Assembly (NCBI GenBank): GCA_012295275.1 | Contig: CM022672.1 | Coordinates: 12,090,001-12,154,000, forward strand | Direction of reading: 5' to 3' | DNA length: 64,000 nucleotides | Source of the DNA: Chrysomallon squamiferum | Taxonomy: Eukaryota; Animalia; Mollusca | In this document: one piece after another, positions 58,581 through 64,000 of the stretch | Layout: each line of letters opens with the position of its first letter | Position numbering within the stretch: the first letter of the stretch is position 1 | Translations under genes and position numbers: made by a program | Notes under the pieces: model-generated | The model's database searches: none | Seen by the model: only the letters and a program-made list of their open reading frames with translations | What the model was told of the DNA's origin: nothing

Positions 58581-59473
58581 TTGTGCTTTTAAATGTCAGC
58601 TCTGAAATTAACTAGATAAATTCCATACCCATGGTGGAATGAATAATCATTAAATCACATATACGTAATTACATGTAAAAAGAAAAAGCCATCTATAATT
58701 AATGTGTATCGTATAAGAAACCGTTATGGAGCTCACTGGAGGTTTAATGGTATTTATTTGAATTATTTTACCACAAACAATAACCTGTAACATAAACACA
58801 CAGCCTTCAGGATAAAGTATAAACCAAAGTTAATGACCACTTAAACGTGTTTGAGCAAGCAAGGATTTCCTTAAGAAGTCAGAAATGTTTTTATATTACT
58901 TTAACAATATCATAAAATATGGCTGAAAATGTTTTGCTACATCAGCTAAAAGGTAACTTCTTCACCCCATTGTCACTTTGTTGTTTCTGTGAATGCAACA
59001 TTGTCCCTTTTGTTTAGAGCAGAGCTCGGTCATGAATACAATATTTCATCATGTGTGTTTATTCTGATTCCCTGCATGGTTGGTAGACATTAATGAAAAG
59101 AGAGAAGGAAACAATTATTATTAGAAAAGTGCAGATCTTTGGTTCTTTGGTCTTTTATTGTAGTGGGTGCATGCTCACTCATGCTTTTTTGTATCTTTTT
59201 TTTTTGTCGTTTTTATCTAATTTTTATACTCTATTCAAGGGACATGCTAAGTATAATCCTATATAATTAAAATAAATTAATATTTTTTTTATAAAATTTG
59301 CTGTTTTTATCCTTTCTTTTTTAAATCTGTGGTCTTATATCATAGGATGTGCTGAATCATATTTACTAAGTTTTTTTATTCTAATTTTTTTTTTTTTTTT
59401 TTTCAGACCTTATTAAGAACAGATGTAATTAAAATACCTGAACAAAAATAGTTTAAAGTTTGTTATTATATTT

Positions 59474-59533
<60 letters not shown>

Positions 59534-60185
59534 ATCACTGCAAACAGTGAAATATATTTCAAAATTTTCTGTCACTGATAAAAAATATGGTTTTTGGGGA
59601 TGGAACTATTTTTACTTTTATAAATTAGTTGTTATTTACATTAATATATATTTTTGAATGTTACTTCTTTAATTGCTAACTTTGATCTTAAAAAATAATA
59701 ATAATAATAACAAAAAATCTTTTTTTTTTTTTTAAATTGGAAAACAGTGTTCATTTAATTCTTTTAATTTATTATTTCAATTTTTTTTTTTTTTTTTTTT
59801 TGTAATTTACTTTGTTATACATTGCTATAATCTGTCAGGAGTGGTGAAACTTTTGCATTTCTGAAATCAGAAATATCATCAAATTAACTGAGATATATTT
59901 TAAATTTCTTTTCCCAGATAAAGTCAAAACTTTTCTTAAACTATTTGTATGACTTAGCACCAGGTTAAACAGACCCCACCCTTGATGTCAACACTCCCAG
60001 GTCAAACAAGGTCACTGTCTTATCATTCACCTGTTTCAAAGTGCATCAAACTCACAAAAATACTGAAGTATAATTAACAAAATTATATATCCCCAGAATG
60101 CCAGAATCTGTATATAAATACCTTTTCAATAAATAGGAGGAAAAGTAATAATAAAGAAAATAAATAAATAATAATAATAATAATA

Positions 60186-60233
<48 letters not shown>

Positions 60234-61100
60234 AATTAAAAGTTTACCTCTTATCAGATAATAAACGTTTACCTTAATGGTACAATTATTTCAAGTGACT
60301 GTTAAAATTTGTAATAGGTATTAGTGGTGATAAATCTTTTTTGATAATAAAGTACAATAACATAATAAGATTCTGATAAAAAGCTAATAAAATGAATTTT
60401 CAGATAGAAATAATATAGAAAATCCTAAATTAACTGAGGATATTGTTTTACATTACTAAGTATGATTAAATAAATAAATAAAATAAATAAATAAAAACTA
60501 TCATCATCCATTTTTAATCTGTTATATAATCCCACTTGAAAAGTTTATTTCAAAATTTTATAAATAAATATATAAATAAATAAAAATTCTGAAATTACAT
60601 CAAAACAAAATGCAATATCTTAATATTGAAACGCTTACTGAAACAAAATAAAAAAATTTAAAAAATTAATTCTTGTGCATATTTTTCATTATCATAAGGG
60701 TGTGGTTAGTTACAGTTTTTAATACTGTCAACATGATGTTGCTATGATTACAGAACTGAGAAAGGTGAGAATGTCATCAGTGTAACAGGTGCATAATTCA
60801 ATCTCTTTGTTCATGGTAACAGCCTAGTTACATCAAAACTGGATTTTCCTTGAAATTTTTTTTTTAAAAAGTAAATATAATAAAATAAAAAGATATAATT
60901 CTATATATTATTCATCTTTAAACTGAAAACCAATATCTGTCATGTATCAAGCAAAATATAGTATCTACATCTGTCATCCATACAATGCATACAACACGTG
61001 TGCAAACAAAATATATACACACAAATGCATTCAGATACATATATACATATATGAAAACTTTTTTCCAAGAAAGAAAAGGCGGCTTATCAGTATTTTAATG

Positions 61101-61146
<46 letters not shown>

Positions 61147-61322
61147 AATATGATAAAAGTAATAAATTAGAAAAAAATTAACTGTATGCCTTATTTACTA
61201 ATACGTTTTCATTATATTTAGTTTATTATGATACAGATTATGAAAGAATTCAAATATATTTTAACATTGCCAGAAAAATGTCACAAATGTAATCTTATTT
61301 ATTATGAAGTTTTTATTTTGTA

Positions 61323-61356
<34 letters not shown>

Positions 61357-62333
61357 CAATTTTTGAAAGTCTAGAAATATTTTAATATGAAAGAGTAACA
61401 TAATTTAACTGTCAGTAATTCAGTTTTTTAGTATGTTTTATTAATAAAAAGTTTATAAATTAATGTAACAAGAGTAATGATGTAAAATAATTTAACTATC
61501 AGCCTCATATACTAATAAATTTGCATTATGCTTTGTTTATTAATACGAACAAATCCAGAAATACTTTAAGGTGATCAACTAATAACATAAAATAAGCTTT
61601 CACAGATATTTATTAATTAATTAATCATTATAATGCCCTCCAAACAACAAATTACTCAGCAATCATTGTTTGTTTATATATATTTCATGTAAACACATTG
61701 CTTATATGTGATTGCATTTTGTACTGTCCATTATTACAATTTTGACAAATATAATGATGCATTTGTTGTTTTTTCTTCTGCTGTTCCATGCATCACATAT
61801 GTGAAATTACAAAAACTGTCTTTAGTTGTTTTTGAAAAGATATAAAGATTTATGAAAAGAAAAAGAAATATTTGGAAGATTTGTAAAAATATATATATAT
61901 ATATATATATTAGAAATAACAACATCTAAATACATTTGATTTAGAATTTTGATGTTAATTACTATATATACAATCTTAATAACTGTAACAACTAACATTT
62001 AAATTTACATTTCCTTGAGTGATTTAATTTTACAGTGATTGACAACATATTTAGGTGTCAGTTATCTACATGCTCTCTGCCATATTATATAAACTATTGC
62101 TAAGACACACACTGTAGCACAAACACAAAAATAAATTTTCCTTTTGAGTCTACGAAATGAGAATGTAAACAAAGGGAGCGATTTACACTCATTTGAACTA
62201 CCCTTCTTTAACATTCATCTTTAAAAACACATCATACACGTAACTGTTGCCATCATATAATACTCACAGGACTTCGTTTCTTTAGCGTAAAGTTTTTCCA
62301 CAAGAGTAGTTTGAGCTGGTGAAAAAATCCCAT
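19298..62333 (-). CDS. ABCA2: ATP-binding cassette subfamily A member 2-like full transporter (TMD1-ECD1-NBD1-R1-TMD2-ECD2-NBD2-R2), 48 coding exons, about 2496 aa
   Basis: Exons (minus): 62268-62333, 55526-55619, 49312-49423, 48478-48638, 47843-47964, 47040-47408, 46481-46582, 45978-46079, 44850-44912, 44117-44257, 43578-43710, 42954-43075, 41927-42055, 41067-41328, 40585-40760, 39752-39855, 39440-39554, 38710-38900, 38287-38437, 37395-37599, 36791-36970, 36340-36410, 35863-35972, 35147-35278, 34610-34690, 33851-34047, 32952-33137, 32171-32470, 31603-31881, 30256-30840, 29589-29784, 29103-29208, 28849-28960, 28283-28346, 27513-27687, 26807-26922, 26277-26424, 25646-25769, 25159-25291, 24649-24769, 24246-24317, 23642-23748, 22710-22851, 22002-22136, 21263-21366, 20592-20796, 19855-19992, 19298-19549; total 7491 nt, open throughout. 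N-terminus is [25 protein letters not shown]1 has [22 protein letters not shown] and NBD2 has [26 protein letters not shown]2-like segments include [36 protein letters not shown] and GVGATCV. Confidence 0.93.
19722..19816. mobile_element. Tiny non-autonomous DNA-transposon relic (Kolobok/piggyBac-type MITE) with TTAA target duplication
   Basis: TTAA|AGAGCAAC...GTTGCTCT|TTAA; 87 bp between the TTAA copies. AG...CT termini with a TTAA duplication are the Kolobok pattern. Confidence 0.5.
22830..23290 (-). repeat. Degenerate tandem repeat (period 131-144 bp, about 4 copies) duplicating the ABCA2 exon-43 acceptor
   Basis: TCTGCATGTCCTTAGTAACACTG variants with AG boundaries at 22852, 22985, 23129 and 23260. 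Confidence 0.8.
23757..23885. repeat. (AAT)n/(AAAT)n microsatellite
   Basis: Direct inspection. Similar tracts lie at 13828-13875, 29222-29430, 44965-45240, 53983-54040 and 55625-55700, and (AAAG)n at 60185-60234. Confidence 0.95.
26400..26625 (-). repeat. 113-bp tandem duplication spanning the ABCA2 exon-37 acceptor
   Basis: ATCACAGGTATG..GACCACCTGTAAA..TCAGAAATACCTGT occurs at about 26404 and 26517. Confidence 0.85.
33165..33345. mobile_element. Degenerate fragment of a gastropod interspersed repeat (SINE-like)
   Basis: GAAATGATTTATTTAATGA...CATATGG...TTAGCAGC...TTTTATGCACCTTCCCACA resembles an abundant gastropod repeat as recalled. A similar start occurs at about 57224. Not verified by search. 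Confidence 0.3.
34045..34470. repeat. Degenerate tandem repeat (about 70-bp unit) beginning at the exon-26 acceptor
   Basis: Recurring AACAAAGATAATAATTAAAATT..TAGATAAT..GATATCAG. Confidence 0.65.
35973..36339 (-). other. Non-canonical GC-AG intron of ABCA2 (intron 22)
   Basis: The exon ends ...ENLTK AAG|GCGAGT and the next exon starts in phase 0 with VYKVGKK. The nearest GT, 4 nt further, would shift the frame. Confidence 0.85.
42081..42128. repeat. Perfect 24-bp tandem duplication
   Basis: TTCAGTGAAAGTGTATCTCCATAA x2, over the branch-point region of exon 13. Confidence 0.9.
42690..42965 (-). repeat. Tandem array of about 54-bp units duplicating the ABCA2 exon-12 donor site
   Basis: Near-identical units with CAG|GTAT boundaries at 42954/3 (real), 42900/899, 42846/5, 42792/1, 42739/8 and 42695/4. 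Confidence 0.92.
48253..48423. repeat. Long inverted repeat (foldback hairpin) around an (AT)n loop, ABCA2 intron 4
   Basis: Left arm TTATTATGATTTTAGTTGTTGTGGTAAATTGATTTAATT is the near-perfect reverse complement of right arm AATTAAATCAATTTACCACACAACAACTTAAATCATAATAA. Confidence 0.88.
49152..49282. repeat. Inverted repeat with arms of about 43 bp, ABCA2 intron 3
   Basis: TGGTTTAGGATTAAAGAATCTTGACCAGATTATAGTGCCATCAT pairs with ATGATGGGACTATAATCTTCCTAGAATCCTTAATCCTAAACCA. Confidence 0.88.
49976..50272. repeat. Two long (CT)n microsatellites embedded in a degenerate tandem repeat
   Basis: (CT)n at 49976-50036 and 50194-50272. Confidence 0.95.
50840..51080. repeat. Compound (TA)n/(CA)n microsatellite
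   Basis: Direct inspection. Similar (CA/TG)n tracts lie at 21825-21855, 39330-39418, 49091-49136, 55422-55460, 59477-59529 and 61103-61143. Confidence 0.95.
52010..52635. repeat. Degenerate minisatellite (about 30-bp unit)
   Basis: Recurring TTAACAGAATACCATTAATTTTGGT-like units. Confidence 0.65.
54780..55220. repeat. Degenerate minisatellite (42-bp unit) in ABCA2 intron 2
   Basis: GGTAAATTTTGGTAATGATCCATATATTGGTCAAAC units; these explain spurious ORFs 54813-55191. Confidence 0.8.
59999..60014 (+). promoter_or_regulatory. Perfect DR4 nuclear-receptor element AGGTCA-aaca-AGGTCA in ABCA2 intron 1
   Basis: Direct sequence match to the DR4 consensus; function is inferred only. Confidence 0.4.
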
Positions 62334-62599
62334 ATTGAATCACGCAACTCGTACCATTGACAGCAATCCGCTGCTGTTATTGAAAATAAATTGCAAAGAG
62401 CCACAAAAATGACGTGGACTGCTTTTCACTAACTCTGTTAACACACGCACGTCTATAGAACGATTAAGTCTCCATATTAAACAAAAGCGAAAAAAAAACT
62501 AGCTTTCTGCAGTCTCGAACAAAATTCCAATTATTTCATTTTCATCTTCTCTTTCGTGTCCAGCTCCTATTTTCGTTTCTCTACATCTGAGCAGTCAGA

Positions 62600-62710
62600 C
62601 ATCATTATGACGTACAGCTGGTCTAGAAGTCACGTGATGTTGGCAGTGCGCCTTTCCATTGGAGCAAAATGGAAATGCTAAAAATAAAAGGTAACTTCCA
62701 CGTGAATTTG
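62600..62710. promoter_or_regulatory. Candidate ABCA2 proximal promoter with CLEAR-like E-box, CCAAT box and second E-box
   Basis: GTCACGTGAT at 62629-62638, ATTGG at 62658-62662, CACGTG at 62699-62704 and TGACGT near 62608, in a CpG-enriched patch about 300 nt upstream of the ATG. Confidence 0.55.
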
Positions 62711-63534
62711 TTTACATGCGACAGCTGATTCGGTTAAATCATTTTCCCGATTTGGTAACAGAACAAAGAAAGTTTAACTGGGGTCAAAATAATATGAGTA
62801 AATATTTGCTTTGCTAGTCATATCCCAAAAATAAAAACTGAATCATTGATAATTGATTCATTTTGTCACATAATATATCGTATTTTAAAAACTCATTAAT
62901 TATAATAAATGATAATTTAATTTAGATGAAATTTATGTAGGTCAAGTCGGAAACGCAAGATAAATGCTGCTCAGCGATCAATAGAAATTATGGCAACTGA
63001 ACCATAGCAAATTAGTGACCGACATAGTTTTAAAAAGTAAAGCCTGTATATGATTCACTTATATATCAACGTATATGTGCATGTGTGTGTAAATGAATGT
63101 GTGTGTGTGTGTGTGTCTTTACGTGTTTTATTTCATTTTATTTTGTAGGTTAAGAATGTGATTGATATAAGTAACATTAGTTATATTTTGTACTTGTTTC
63201 TGCTCACTTTGTAAAAAACATACAACCCAAAAACCAAACACTGTGTATATGTATGCATGTATGTGTGTGTATGTATGTACATATGTATATGTAATTACAT
63301 GTACATTAATGTATGTAGATATGTACATACATTGTGTTGTGTATGTGTATGTATGTGTCTATTTATACGCGCAAATATCTGTGGCAATCCTTTCTAGCTT
63401 ACATGTACTTTATATCTGAATGCGAATGTGGAAGTAAGTACATAACGATTAACTCGCACATATGCCCCACTCCCGCACACATAATAATATAAACGTCTGT
63501 TGCAAACGCATATATATCTTTCATTCACGGTTAC

Positions 63535-63809
63535 TTATACCGTCCGTGCACAATACTGTATAGAAAAGAACTGATTTTGAGAAGACTATCAAGGATCAGA
63601 AGACTTGCAGTACTGACAATAATCACAGTCAGTCGTTTAGAAATACGCTTCGAAGCTCTCCTCCATAGTGATCGCCAGCAAACGAACAACGGACAGGTTC
63701 TTGACCTTGTACGGGTCACTGAACATCTGACCTGCTCTTTCCTCTACTCTCTTGCAGCCGCTGTTGCTATTTCCCGCAAACGTGCAGAAAATCGTCTTTC
63801 AGCGAATTT
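63535..63809 (-). other. Unassigned CpG/GC-rich exon-like segment, possibly an exon of a neighbouring gene running off the window
   Basis: Minus-strand acceptor TTTTATTATAG at 63810 followed in phase 0 by KFAERRFSARLREIATAAARE-stop (63744). No family recognised, and a plus-strand acceptor (CTCTTGCAG, about 63757) is also plausible. Confidence 0.25.
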
Positions 63810-64000
63810 CTATAATAAAAGACAAGTCAGGAATGCATGCACTAACATACACACCCATAAACAAAGTGTGATATTGTGATTGTAATTGTAATGTGTTATG
63901 TAGTGGAAGACAGACGTACAGACATGTTCGCGGGGACGGAGTCGCAGTTAAAACTGAAATTCTGTTTAGATGCAAAAAATGAGGATATATATATTTTTAA

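Overview
Very AT-rich, microsatellite-dense, intron-rich animal genomic DNA. It is probably a mollusc or other lophotrochozoan; that is inference from protein divergence and repeat style. Three complete spliced genes were reconstructed by hand with phase-consistent splice sites: KLHL20 (minus, 8 coding exons, about 597 aa), ANKRD45 (plus, 5 coding exons, about 234 aa, head-to-head with KLHL20) and an ABCA2-type full ABC transporter (minus, 48 coding exons, about 2496 aa, one GC-AG intron). Most entries in the ORF track are microsatellite artefacts or exon read-through. The most unusual signal is recurrent tandem 'echo' copies of real splice junctions inside the adjacent introns, at 7 or more exon edges, including a 54-bp AG|GT array. 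Around ABCA2 there is a set of lipid/lysosome-type motifs: a CLEAR-like box, a perfect DR4 in intron 1 and an IR1/DR1 cluster downstream. ABCA2 also has a furin-type RRKR site in an expanded luminal domain, two foldback hairpins flanking exon 4, and candidate micro- and alternative first exons. The KLHL20-ANKRD45 divergent pair appears to be shared with human. No rRNA, tRNA, CRISPR array or autonomous transposon was recognised.
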